Source: Candidatus Latescibacterota bacterium (GTDB lineage Bacteria; Latescibacterota; UBA2968; UBA8231). From it: 64,000 nt of DNA. Position 1 is the stretch's first letter, and each line of letters opens with the position of its first letter. The notes under the pieces are model-generated. The model was not told the DNA's origin and did no database searches. It worked only from the letters and a program-made list of their open reading frames with translations. Positions 25,652 through 35,560 of this stretch are shown piece by piece. The stretch lies in contig CBDFJF010000001.1 of NCBI GenBank assembly GCA_965248265.1, forward strand, positions 2,784,001 to 2,848,000, in the 5' to 3' direction. The position numbers and the translations under genes are program-made.

Positions 25652-26647
25652 ATGGAAATCACGAGACCTTACCTGCTGTTCCTCGGTGACGCTGCCGACC
25701 AACTCGCCGCCAAGACCGCGGACGGCGTGGCACGGTGGCGGACGGATTGGTGCGTGGGCCAGTTGAGGCTACCCGGTTGTAAGGCCGACGTGGGACTGCC
25801 CGATAAGAGTCTGGAAGAGGGGAAGGTTGCTGGGGCCCGGACCCTCGTCGTCGGTGTTGCCAACCGCGGTGGTGTAATCTCGGACCAGTGGCGACAGGCC
25901 CTCATGGCAGCAGTGAGACTCCGCTACGACATCGCCAGCGGCCTGCACAACCGACTGGATGAGATCGAGGAACTGCGTCGTGCCGCCGAAGACATGGGAA
26001 CCAGGCTCATCGATGTACGCCATCCCACCAAGAGCTTTCCGTTGGGCAACGGCCGCCGACGCGCGGGCAAGCGCCTGCTCACTGTCGGTACGGATGTCTC
26101 ATGCGGCAAGATGTTCACCGCCTTGAGCATGGAGAAAGAGATGAAGTCCCGCGGCCTCAGAGCTGATTTTCGCGCCACCGGGCAGACTGGCATTTTCATC
26201 GCTGGCGAGGGAGTCAGTGTCGACGCGGTCGTCTCCGACTTCGTGGCAGGATGTGTCGAGGAGCTGGCGCCGGAGAACGAGCCTGACCACTGGGACCTGA
26301 TAGAGGGCCAGGGATCGCTATTCCACGCTTCCTACGCCGGGGTAACACTCGGACTCGTCCATGGTGCCCAAGCCCACCGGCTCGTTCTCTGCCACCAACC
26401 CAACCGTCCACACATGCGGGGTCTCCCCGACTACACCCTGCCGAGCCTGATTGAAGCCATCGGCCTCTACGAACTGACCGGGCGACTCACCAATCCGGAG
26501 TGCCGGGTCATCGGACTGTCCCTCAATACCTCTCAGATGCAGGATTCGGATGCGCAAGACGCCCTGCGACAGGCTGAGGACGAGACAGGACTGCCGGCGA
26601 TCGACGCCTTCAAGGACGGTGCCGCCCGTCTCGTCGACCTGTTGTGA
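25652..26647 (+). CDS. dgcN: DUF1611-family D-glutamate N-acetyltransferase DgcN
   Basis: PYLLFLGD, AAKTA, VGTDVSCGKM, RATGQTG, DAVVSDF, EGQGSL; adjacent to the epimerase gene. Confidence 0.8.
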   Translation: MEITRPYLLFLGDAADQLAAKTADGVARWRTDWCVGQLRLPGCKADVGLPDKSLEEGKVAGARTLVVGVANRGGVISDQWRQALMAAVRLRYDIASGLHNRLDEIEELRRAAEDMGTRLIDVRHPTKSFPLGNGRRRAGKRLLTVGTDVSCGKMFTALSMEKEMKSRGLRADFRATGQTGIFIAGEGVSVDAVVSDFVAGCVEELAPENEPDHWDLIEGQGSLFHASYAGVTLGLVHGAQAHRLVLCHQPNRPHMRGLPDYTLPSLIEAIGLYELTGRLTNPECRVIGLSLNTSQMQDSDAQDALRQAEDETGLPAIDAFKDGAARLVDLL

Positions 26648-27639
26648 GCCCAGACCAAATCTCGCTCCAGGCTCGACACGAGAGCTGGCCCATCGCCGGT
26701 TCCTTCACCATCTCTCGGGGAAGCAAGACAACGGCCGATGTCATCGTCGTAGAGGTGACACGGGGTCAACACCGTGGACGGGGCGAATGCGTGCCCTATC
26801 CCCGCTACGACGAGACGGTCCCGGGTGTGTTGGCGGCAATCCAGCAGTTGCAGCCGGCCCTCGAAGACCCCTTCACGAGGCAGCACCTGCAGCAGCTGTT
26901 GCCGGCAGGTGCCGCCCGCAATGCCGTGGACTGCGCACTGTGGGATCTCGAGTCCAGGGAATCTGGGGAGCCCGTCTGGCAGCTGGCCGGCCTGCCACCC
27001 CCGAGGGCTGTGACCACGGCCTACACGATCAGCCTGGGTACGGCCGAGGCGATGGGTGTGGCCGCGCGGCAAAATCGACATCGGCCGCTGCTGAAACTCA
27101 AACTCACCGGCACCGGCGATCTCGAGCGCGTGACGGCGATCCGACAGTCAGCGCCTGCGGCTGCCTTGATCGTCGACGCCAACGAGAGCTGGTCCATCGA
27201 CCAGCTGGAGTCGGTTGGTGCCAGCCTGGCTGAGCAAGGCGTCGCCCTGATCGAGCAGCCGCTTCCGGCCGGAGCCGATGAGGCGCTAGCATCCTGCCAC
27301 CACCCCGTGCCGATCTGCGCCGACGAAAGCTGTCACACCAGTGCTGACGTGTCCGCCCTCGCCAACCGTTACGACGTAGTCAACATCAAGCTTGATAAGA
27401 CCGGAGGTCTCACCGAAGCGCTGGCATTGCAGGCAAGCGCCAGTTCATGCGGACTGGGCATCATGATCGGTTGCATGGTGAGTACTTCCCTCTCCATGGC
27501 GCCCGCGTTTGTGCTGACGAATGGCGCGGATTTCGTTGACCTGGACGGACCATTGCTGTTGCAGCGCGATCGCGAGTACGGACTGCAGTACGAAGAAAGC
27601 CTCATCCACCCACCCGTTCCGCAGCTGTGGGGCGGTTGA
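26644..27639 (+). CDS. dgcA: N-acetyl-D-Glu racemase / L-Ala-D/L-Glu epimerase (enolase superfamily)
   Basis: FTISRGSK, GECVPY, AARNAVDCALWD, KLK, DANE, EQP, DES, NIKLDKTGG, DLDGP. Confidence 0.82.
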   Translation: MSPDQISLQARHESWPIAGSFTISRGSKTTADVIVVEVTRGQHRGRGECVPYPRYDETVPGVLAAIQQLQPALEDPFTRQHLQQLLPAGAARNAVDCALWDLESRESGEPVWQLAGLPPPRAVTTAYTISLGTAEAMGVAARQNRHRPLLKLKLTGTGDLERVTAIRQSAPAAALIVDANESWSIDQLESVGASLAEQGVALIEQPLPAGADEALASCHHPVPICADESCHTSADVSALANRYDVVNIKLDKTGGLTEALALQASASSCGLGIMIGCMVSTSLSMAPAFVLTNGADFVDLDGPLLLQRDREYGLQYEESLIHPPVPQLWGG

Positions 27640-27783
27640 TATCCACCCGCGAAGTTTTCTCTCTCCATTCACCGCGATTCTCATTAAACGTTATAGCACA
27701 CCCCTATGTCCAACGTAGCAGATCAATCTGCTGGGGGGAATCGAGACCGCATGAATACAACCGCAAGAAGAGGAGATTGAGAA

Positions 27784-28416
27784 ATGACACGTCACTTCGC
27801 GTTGGGAGCGGCAGTTGCCCTGGTGTTCGCTGGCTCGGTGGTGGTCGATGCCAAACGTGGTGCAGGGCTGAATCTGACCGAGGACCAGCGAGCCACGATG
27901 AAGAGTCTCGACGACGACATGAAAACACAGCTCGACGACATCAGAGCTCAGGTAAAGGCCGGCGACCTCAGTCGAGACGAAGGTCGCAGCCAGTCGCAAG
28001 GCATCAGGGAAAGTTTTCGTGAAAGTCGACAATCCGTGCTCACGTCAGAGCAACTGCAGGTAATCGAAGAGCGCAGAGCAAGCGGCGGCGAGGGGCGTGG
28101 CCGCGGACGGGGACAGGGTGGGGGGGGAGGACCATTGGCAGACCTGGGTTTGAGCGATTCCCAGGGTGAGCAACTCAAGGGTATGCGCGATGAACATCGT
28201 GCAGCCATGGATGAACTGCGCAAATCGGGTGATGCCACGCGCGACGATTTTCTGCAACTGCGAGAGACTCAACGGCAGGAGATCGACGGTATTCTCACCG
28301 ACGAGCAACGCCAGACTCTGCAGCAAAAACGGGAGGAGCGAGGATCGAAGGGTGAGGGCCGTGGGCGGCGCGGAGGGAAAGGCGGCGGTCGACGGAGAGG
28401 TGGGCGAGCCAGATAG
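27784..28416 (+). CDS. Spy/CpxP-like periplasmic protein with Gly/Arg-rich segments
   Basis: Signal peptide; LNLTEDQ/LTSEQ and LGLSDSQ/LTDEQ (LTxxQ) repeats. Confidence 0.65.
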   Translation: MTRHFALGAAVALVFAGSVVVDAKRGAGLNLTEDQRATMKSLDDDMKTQLDDIRAQVKAGDLSRDEGRSQSQGIRESFRESRQSVLTSEQLQVIEERRASGGEGRGRGRGQGGGGGPLADLGLSDSQGEQLKGMRDEHRAAMDELRKSGDATRDDFLQLRETQRQEIDGILTDEQRQTLQQKREERGSKGEGRGRRGGKGGGRRRGGRAR

Positions 28417-28509
28417 GCACTAACCTCATAGCCTGTCAGGGTGCCGCGCTGCTCCGTGGAACCTGTTGAGGAGAGATGCCGATGGAGGCCATCTATCATC
28501 ACCGCGATG

Positions 28510-29088
28510 TTATCGCAATTGTGCCCGCGCCAACTCCAGGTAATTATCCAGTGACTCGGTAACCATGCCCGGCACCTTGCCGGCATCGTCCCAACGCCGG
28601 ACTCTCACAGCGTCGGCCACGTACGGACTCTGTTCGAATGTGGCCCGTTCTTCTTCACTCATCAGACCGCCCTGCTTCTCCAGGGTGGTCAGCGAACCCT
28701 CTGTGAGGCCCTCCCGGTAGGCAGGTTCAGTCGTACAGAGATAACGCTTGGACTGCGCGTGCTTGCCGACGCAGAACAGGACACGATCCGAGAACAACCC
28801 CGCCAGCGTTGGGGCGCCAAGTTCATCGTGGCCTATTTCCTGGGTCGCGGCAACCGCTTCGCCGTGATCCTCTACCGAGTCGGGCAACTCATGGTCTTCG
28901 ACGACCAGGCGCCCGAAATCGTGCAGCAACGCCGCTACCACCAACTCGTCATCGGCTCCGTCTTGCCGTGCGAGTGCAGCGCATTGCAGCGCGTGATCGA
29001 GTTCGGACACGGGCTCGCTGCCGTACTGTCTGTTGCTGCCGTCTTGGAGCCGTTCATGGATGAAGGCGATTGCTTGTTCCGGTTTCAT
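28510..29088 (-). CDS. HD-domain protein, PhnZ/TmpB-like di-iron oxygenase
   Basis: YGSEPVSELDHALQCA, LLHD, H.ELGA, HAQSKRYL, RRWDDAGK. Confidence 0.8.
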   Translation of the reverse strand: MKPEQAIAFIHERLQDGSNRQYGSEPVSELDHALQCAALARQDGADDELVVAALLHDFGRLVVEDHELPDSVEDHGEAVAATQEIGHDELGAPTLAGLFSDRVLFCVGKHAQSKRYLCTTEPAYREGLTEGSLTTLEKQGGLMSEEERATFEQSPYVADAVRVRRWDDAGKVPGMVTESLDNYLELARAQLR

Positions 29089-29143
29089 TATCTGGCTTCC
29101 TGATAGTTAGTCGGTATTCGTCTGGACGATCTGCACCAACAAT

Positions 29144-32100
29144 TTACTGCACGTAGGCGATTTTGTGCACCTTCGTGTACTGACCGGCCTCCAGGCGGAC
29201 AAAATAAGCCCCCGTAGCCAGCGCCCTTCCCTTGCGATCCCGTCCGTCCCAAGTGACTTGATGCAGGCCGGCCTCCCACGTTTCGTTCGCCAGCAGGTGT
29301 ACGCGCTGCCCGAGAATGTTGTAAATGGATAGCGTAACGGACTCGGGTACAGGCAACCCGAACCGGATGGTCACGGTGCTGTTGAAGGGATTCGGAGCCG
29401 GATTGTGCAGAACATGGGTCTCCGGTCGCGGCGACACCACGTCAGCGCTTATCAGGCCCTCATCGAATTCCACGGCATCGAGCTCAATGTGGTCGATTAC
29501 ATCCTGCGATGCCTGCGCTGCACTCACCACCACCTTGGCGAGGGTCGTGCGGCCGGAACCTGGAACCACCCCGGCAAAGGCAAAGCGTAGATCCCCGTCC
29601 GCCGCCACGTGCCGGCGCTCATATCGTGCTTCTGGCGCATCCCATATCACCACGTCGACAATCTCCAGTTCGCTGGGATCGTAGGTCATCTGCACCACTC
29701 CGGAAAAGACATCGGTGAAGTCATCGATGACGATAGGCACGTCGAAGGTTCCGTCCTGGTTACTGGTAGGCTCCGAGAGATGTACTGAGCGCCCGATTCC
29801 CGACAGGTCATCCGCGGGGCCGCCGGAGGCGGGAAAGGACTCGACGAGGTCGCTGTCGTAGCGCAAAATCCACGAGGCGTCGTAGGGACTGACGCGGGTG
29901 ACCTCTCCGTTCAGGCTGACATCGGCCAACTCCATCGCGTAATCGGCTATCGATTCCAGTCCCAGTGCGTGGTTGAGAATCTGTGTTGCATCCTCTTCGT
30001 TAACCAGACGATCGCCCGACACATCCCCGGCGAGATCCTCAAACTCGGCCCGCAACCGGAAGTGTCGTAAGCCGATCGGGCCTGAGCTGAATCGGTACTC
30101 GGATTGAACTTCCAGATCGGCTATGAGCACGCTATCCTGATCGGCATCTTCCAGAGCCATGCTGAACCCGCGCGGCAACTCATCGGGGTTGGTCCAAGCC
30201 CACGTCAGCTCCGTGTCGATCAGATCGGTCTCGACGGTGAAGGTCCACTCTTGGTCCTCCCACTCGGGATCGCGGATATCGTAGGTGTAGCGGCCAGGTC
30301 GTTCCGGCCAGAATGTCCCCGGGTCTTCTGGATCGTCGTGGGTGAAGTACACCCGCACGAACGGGGTTCCCAGCGATGGCAAATCCAGTGCGTCATTGAC
30401 ATCGAAGCGTCGCGACGCCTCTTCACTGACGCCGGCTCGGTTGTGCAGGTCCTGTCGGGTTTGACCGAATTCATTGGGTTGGGTGGTGACCGAGAACTCA
30501 GCGTGCCAGTCTAGGGCCGTCGGCCTGTGCGCGAGGACTTTGCCTGCGGAGTCGAAAGACCCGCTCGGAGGCAGCAGCAGATCGAGATCTTTGCTGCGGT
30601 CCAGTTGAAGCACCCAGAACCCTTGCCAGCGCCCCAGGCGACCATCGGCACCCACCGGCACGTAGGTCTGACGATCCCAATTCCACAGATAGGCGTGGCC
30701 GTCGATCCAGCCGGCGTTGGCGGCTCGTCGCACCGGCGTTATCACGCCGCTGCCGTTGTCTCGAATTTTCGCATCCCCCCAGTTGATGGCGAATGGAAAT
30801 GGATTGGCCAGTTGATTCGGGGAGCCCGCACTATCGTCATCATCGTCGTCATCGTCATCGTCGTCGCGAAAGCCTGCTCCGGAGGCGACGAGGGGAATGA
30901 CGAAGTCTTCGGAGAGGTCCACGCTCGTCCCGGAGACCGAAACCGAGTCGCCTTCAGTGGAACCGTCGCCGTAGATGATCGACCACCACTGAATAAGCCA
31001 GTGGCCTCGGCCGGGCTCGAAGTCCGGAGGATTACCGGAAAGGCCCAACTCCTCTTTGTAGTACTGATAACCCCCTCCAGGTGTATTCCACCGCACGAGA
31101 CGCCACCAGAACCCCCATGGATCCTCCCCTTCTCCCGGAAAGTCGTCGCCAAGCACGATGTCCGGGTTGCCATCGTCCGGACTCAACGGTACGCCGATCA
31201 TGACGTAATCGGAGTATGGCAATCCCCCCTGCACCAGTGTTACCCCACCCGAACGCGAGGCCTCGACAGTGTTACCATAGCGCCCAACATTGATGCGATT
31301 GCCGTTTGGCGCTGGCTCGTTTCCGAAGACATCGCGCGGATTGCCAGCGTCAATCGCCGGGCTCGTCTCGCTGTCGTTGACCCAGGCGCTGCCGTTCCAG
31401 TGACCTGCCTGGCTGCGCAGATGTAGATCCATGGCTGCCGCCGCTGTACTCCCATCAACAAAGAGCGGATCGAGGGACAGGCTGTTGCCGTCCAGTCCCG
31501 AGGCCGCGCGCCATTCCGCGAGCGTTTCGTAGGTAGACCCCGGAACCTTGGCGACAGCACCACCGGCGTTGGGATTCAGGTCGTTGTAGTCGCTGTAAGC
31601 GAAGGTGCTCCCGATCGCCTTTGGCAGATCGATGCAGACGTCGACACCGTGGATGATGGTGTTGCGGACGACGTGGCCGTCCCCTGCCGAGTTGTTACCG
31701 CCCTGGAAGGAGAGGCCGCTCTCGAATCCGACAATCGTGTTGTTGATCAGGGAATCGCCATCGGTCTCGCGGGCGAAGAAAACCCCCGTCTGGCGACCAC
31801 CATCGTCGAGGATGAGGTTGTTTTGCAGCCTGTTGAAGTCCGCGTCGCGCGCCAGATTGACGCCGATGGTATTGGTGTGAATCCGGTTGTTGACCAGCAA
31901 GTTGTGATCTGCCCGTAGCAACCTGACCCCACCTCCATTGTTGTTGTTGGTGCCATCGTGCAGGACGCAGTCGCGGATCGTGACGTTGTCGGCCTCGTTG
32001 ATATCCACGGCGTAGCGATTGGAAGCCTCGACGACGACCCCTTCGACGACGACGTACGGGCTCTTGATCACGACCCCAAACTGACCGTTCGGAGGCGCTA

Positions 32101-34330
32101 TGGTCGGGGACTGACCGGCGGACGGTTGCAGCGTGATCGAGTAGCCGGCCTCCGTCTTCTTGTCGATCGTCACTCGCTCGGCGTAGCGACTGCTGTCCAG
32201 AATGTGCACGAAGTAGTACGTCTCGATTGCCGTCAGATCATCCGGTATCGCGTTCACGGCTCGCTGGATGGAGGCCCATGGTTGCGAGCGGTCATCCGGC
32301 ACTCCGTCGTTGCTCCCGCTCGTCGCGACGTAGTGCGTGATGGTGTCCAGGCCGGCTGTGCTGAAATCAGCAACCGCTGATCTGACCTCGTTGCCGAACT
32401 GGTCTCGCGCGCGCAGCTGGGCGAAATACTCTGTACTGCGAGTGAGTCCGTCGATCGTCGTCGTCCCTGTCTGCATTAACGCCAGGGCCGCGTCCTGCTG
32501 CGGACCCCACAGGCTTGCACTGCCGTCGACGACGGCGGCTTGATTGGTCCCGTAGTAGACGGAATACTGATCGAAGTGCGACTCCGTCGATACCGGGGTC
32601 CAGCTCCATGTGATCGATTTGGATGTCGAATTCGTGCCGGCGAAACCACCCATGCCGGCGGGAGCCACATTGTCCACGGTCACGGCGACTGCAGCCGGGG
32701 TACCCTGGTCTTCGACATCATCGTTAGCGGTCAGCTTCAACCACAGCTCGCCGTCCCCAGCCGGTGCATCTGTTGCACTGAGCCAGTCGAAGGTGACGGT
32801 GTTGCTGCCGGAGTCTGTGACGATGCGGGTGTTGTCGCCTGGGCCAACCTGGTACTGGTTGCCGCCATCGATGTTCGGTGGCCCGCCGCTGTCATCGAAA
32901 TCAGCGTCGACCGGACCCGATAGCGCAGTCGCTGCGTAGCTACCACGTGGTGCCGTACTCCACTCGACCCGAGCGCGGGTGTCGGCACCCCCCGCATGGC
33001 TGACTTCTATCGACACAGCAACATGGCCCGATCCGTCCGTCGCTTGTGCGGCCTCGTTGAACTCGCCCCACGGCTGCGGTGATGCCGACAAGGAGGCTTG
33101 AGCCGTGGTGCCGTATCTGCCCATGTTGGCGCGACCGCCATTGGGATCGAGCTCCTGGCTCTCGTCAACCGATGGATCGGCTGTGTCAATGCTGGGACTG
33201 TGAGCGCCGTCCGCCGTCCACTCCCCTCCGTGATAACTGCCCACCGTAGACTCCAGGTGAAAATCCTCTGTCACACCGACGAACAGGGGATCCGCCGATA
33301 GACTGTGTGAGTCAACTCCGCTGCCGATTTGCCAGGCATTCAGATCGTCGTAGTCCTCCCTGTCCAACCGGCCAACGATGGCCCCCAAAGCAGCCACATG
33401 CAGGTTGTTGTAGTCGGAAACCGTTGAAGCTGGCAACTCTCCGGGATCATTCTGCCGATCCACCGCGAAACAGGTGCCGTCATTGCCGGCCACCAGGATA
33501 TTGTTGCTGAACTCGTTCCCCTCCCCCGGCTCATCCTTCTTTTTTCCAGTATTGCCCAGATGAATCTCCAGGTCGTTTCCGAAGAAGGTATTGTTGATTA
33601 CCTGGTTGTTTGTACTCTTGCGATAGAGCCACAGACCCCGCACGCGATTCCCGTGAATGAGATTATTGCCAAAGGTGTTTTCGTCCGCTGTGTTGAAAAC
33701 CAGGATTCCGACCTCGTTGTCGGTGATGGTGTTACCCCGATACTGGCCGCGCGTACCACCCTGAACGTAGATGCCTGGTGTGTCTCTATCGCGAGTGCCA
33801 CGCACGACACAGTCACTGACGGTCACGAAGTCGGACCACGCTACGTGCACACCGCTCTGACGAGAACCTCCTTCCAATATCAAACCCTCGAGAGTGACGA
33901 AAGGGGATGAGTCGATTTTACATGCCGGTTTCTTTCTCTTGGACGAGACTATCGTCGGCTGCTGGCCATCCTGTGCACGCACCGTCAAGGTCGCGGACTC
34001 CTTCGTCTTCTTCTTGATCGCGACTGACTCCTCGTAGATCTCGCTGTCCCGGATCTCAATGATGTAATGGGTATCCGGCTTTTTCGGGATTTCGTCGATG
34101 GCGTCGCTGATGCTCGTCAACGCCCCATCAGCGCCGTCCTTACGCACCACGATGATCTCCTGGGCGTACAGCTTGCCCGGAGCGACCCAGCCGGCGGTAA
34201 GCAACAGGATTCCGCTAATCACGGTTGCCAAGGAGGGAACCATCCCGCCTGAAGCTACCGTGCGCTGAGACCGGTTGAGAGGCTGTGCCGACGATGATTT
34301 CTCAGCTACCACCGAGATCCTTTCGGGCAT
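29144..34330 (-). CDS. Very large secreted protein: two right-handed beta-helix modules, FN3, dockerin-like, cohesin-like and FlgD-Ig/T9SS-type C-terminal domain
   Basis: Signal-like ...GKLYAQ; NNTF/NNIL/SDYN(N/D) repeats; GDVSGD...DATQIL; NPAPNPFNSTVTIRF...WDGRD. Start uncertain (34243 or 34330). Confidence 0.8.
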   Translation of the reverse strand: MPERISVVAEKSSSAQPLNRSQRTVASGGMVPSLATVISGILLLTAGWVAPGKLYAQEIIVVRKDGADGALTSISDAIDEIPKKPDTHYIIEIRDSEIYEESVAIKKKTKESATLTVRAQDGQQPTIVSSKRKKPACKIDSSPFVTLEGLILEGGSRQSGVHVAWSDFVTVSDCVVRGTRDRDTPGIYVQGGTRGQYRGNTITDNEVGILVFNTADENTFGNNLIHGNRVRGLWLYRKSTNNQVINNTFFGNDLEIHLGNTGKKKDEPGEGNEFSNNILVAGNDGTCFAVDRQNDPGELPASTVSDYNNLHVAALGAIVGRLDREDYDDLNAWQIGSGVDSHSLSADPLFVGVTEDFHLESTVGSYHGGEWTADGAHSPSIDTADPSVDESQELDPNGGRANMGRYGTTAQASLSASPQPWGEFNEAAQATDGSGHVAVSIEVSHAGGADTRARVEWSTAPRGSYAATALSGPVDADFDDSGGPPNIDGGNQYQVGPGDNTRIVTDSGSNTVTFDWLSATDAPAGDGELWLKLTANDDVEDQGTPAAVAVTVDNVAPAGMGGFAGTNSTSKSITWSWTPVSTESHFDQYSVYYGTNQAAVVDGSASLWGPQQDAALALMQTGTTTIDGLTRSTEYFAQLRARDQFGNEVRSAVADFSTAGLDTITHYVATSGSNDGVPDDRSQPWASIQRAVNAIPDDLTAIETYYFVHILDSSRYAERVTIDKKTEAGYSITLQPSAGQSPTIAPPNGQFGVVIKSPYVVVEGVVVEASNRYAVDINEADNVTIRDCVLHDGTNNNNGGGVRLLRADHNLLVNNRIHTNTIGVNLARDADFNRLQNNLILDDGGRQTGVFFARETDGDSLINNTIVGFESGLSFQGGNNSAGDGHVVRNTIIHGVDVCIDLPKAIGSTFAYSDYNDLNPNAGGAVAKVPGSTYETLAEWRAASGLDGNSLSLDPLFVDGSTAAAAMDLHLRSQAGHWNGSAWVNDSETSPAIDAGNPRDVFGNEPAPNGNRINVGRYGNTVEASRSGGVTLVQGGLPYSDYVMIGVPLSPDDGNPDIVLGDDFPGEGEDPWGFWWRLVRWNTPGGGYQYYKEELGLSGNPPDFEPGRGHWLIQWWSIIYGDGSTEGDSVSVSGTSVDLSEDFVIPLVASGAGFRDDDDDDDDDDDSAGSPNQLANPFPFAINWGDAKIRDNGSGVITPVRRAANAGWIDGHAYLWNWDRQTYVPVGADGRLGRWQGFWVLQLDRSKDLDLLLPPSGSFDSAGKVLAHRPTALDWHAEFSVTTQPNEFGQTRQDLHNRAGVSEEASRRFDVNDALDLPSLGTPFVRVYFTHDDPEDPGTFWPERPGRYTYDIRDPEWEDQEWTFTVETDLIDTELTWAWTNPDELPRGFSMALEDADQDSVLIADLEVQSEYRFSSGPIGLRHFRLRAEFEDLAGDVSGDRLVNEEDATQILNHALGLESIADYAMELADVSLNGEVTRVSPYDASWILRYDSDLVESFPASGGPADDLSGIGRSVHLSEPTSNQDGTFDVPIVIDDFTDVFSGVVQMTYDPSELEIVDVVIWDAPEARYERRHVAADGDLRFAFAGVVPGSGRTTLAKVVVSAAQASQDVIDHIELDAVEFDEGLISADVVSPRPETHVLHNPAPNPFNSTVTIRFGLPVPESVTLSIYNILGQRVHLLANETWEAGLHQVTWDGRDRKGRALATGAYFVRLEAGQYTKVHKIAYVQ
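30833..30865 (-). repeat. GAY trinucleotide tract encoding 11 consecutive Asp
   Basis: (ATC/GTC)11 on the + strand. Confidence 0.9.
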
Positions 34331-34451
34331 GACGAAGACGTTTGTTGATCGAACGGATGGGTGGACAGGAGTGACGAAAGGGAAGAGTGATAGACCGATT
34401 GCGACTGTGCGGGGAGTATCTTGTTCAATAAGCTGTCGACCAGCACCACCG

Positions 34452-34673
34452 TCAAGCGGAATCGTCGTTGCCGCCTCGATTGCTTCTGCGCCGCCAATCC
34501 CCGACGAGCACGTAAACGCCCAGGGCAACCGAGGTCATCGCGATCGCGGAGAAAATGATCTTCGGTAGGAGAGCCTCGAAGGTGTCGACTGTCGAAAACA
34601 TGCCGATGCCGATCGCCAACATGCTGATACCCGACATGATTCGAATGATACCGCTTAGCATCGGCACGCCCAC
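34452..34673 (-). CDS. Small two-TM hypothetical protein
   Basis: 73 aa, two hydrophobic helices, start overlaps the stop of the upstream gene. Confidence 0.55.
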   Translation of the reverse strand: MGVPMLSGIIRIMSGISMLAIGIGMFSTVDTFEALLPKIIFSAIAMTSVALGVYVLVGDWRRRSNRGGNDDSA

Positions 34674-35560
34674 TACCCTTGGTCTAGGTCCAGCAAAAAA
34701 CGCGGAAGACCCAGTGCTTCCAGCACACTCGAAGTCACCGCACGAATCGAGCGCTCGAGATCGAGGCTGCCATCTGAATTGAAAACAGGCTGGTGCGCGT
34801 CTACGAGGGCGACGTGGGCTGTGCCCAACTCCGCCTTCAGATAATCGATGCAGGGCTGCACATGCTCGACGTAGAATTGGTAGCGGCGCTCGAGACCCTC
34901 GTCGGTATCATCACTCCGGCCCCGTCCGCCGGCGCGGGCTTTCATCTCGTCCTTCGTGATTGAAAGGTGAATGACCTTGATCACACCGATATCCAGTTCC
35001 GCGAAGGTACTCAGCAACCGCTGGGCCGCTTCCGTCGTTCGGGGGTACCCGTCGAGGATGAAGATCCGCTCACGCAGATCCGTCGACTCCCGGAGGCGGA
35101 CATCGATGATGCGTTCGGTCCAGTCATCCGGGATGAGCAACCCCTCAGCGACGCAGTATTCCAACCAGTCGAGTTGCGTGATCTGACCCGGCTCACACCC
35201 GAAACGATCACCGAAGCCCGGCTGGTGTCGCTTGACCTTGTCAATTAGATCATGCGTACTGCTCTCGGCCGTCAGCACCGGTTCCACGTCGCTGATCCCG
35301 TACTGCGATCCCAGTCGCTCGCGGAAGTTCGCATCGCTGCGCGCTGCCCGGACAGTGGCCCTCAGCAACTCGCCCATGGAGACGTGCAGCTGCGGCGGCA
35401 TCGACAGGAACCTGCCCAAACCATTGGCGATCTCGCCCTTGCCACAGCTAGAAGGCCCGGTCAGCAGAATGGCCCCTTCACCCTCGACGGCAACTTGCCT
35501 GACGGAAATCTTGATGTGGCCTTCGCGGCGCGTGTCCAATGCCGGGGGATTCAGCGCCAT
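34673..35560 (-). CDS. Adenylate kinase-like NMP kinase with insertion
   Basis: P-loop GPSSCGKG, HVSMGELLR, GLLIPD, ILDGYPRT, RGRSDD; start taken at MALNP. Confidence 0.75.
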   Translation of the reverse strand: MALNPPALDTRREGHIKISVRQVAVEGEGAILLTGPSSCGKGEIANGLGRFLSMPPQLHVSMGELLRATVRAARSDANFRERLGSQYGISDVEPVLTAESSTHDLIDKVKRHQPGFGDRFGCEPGQITQLDWLEYCVAEGLLIPDDWTERIIDVRLRESTDLRERIFILDGYPRTTEAAQRLLSTFAELDIGVIKVIHLSITKDEMKARAGGRGRSDDTDEGLERRYQFYVEHVQPCIDYLKAELGTAHVALVDAHQPVFNSDGSLDLERSIRAVTSSVLEALGLPRFLLDLDQG

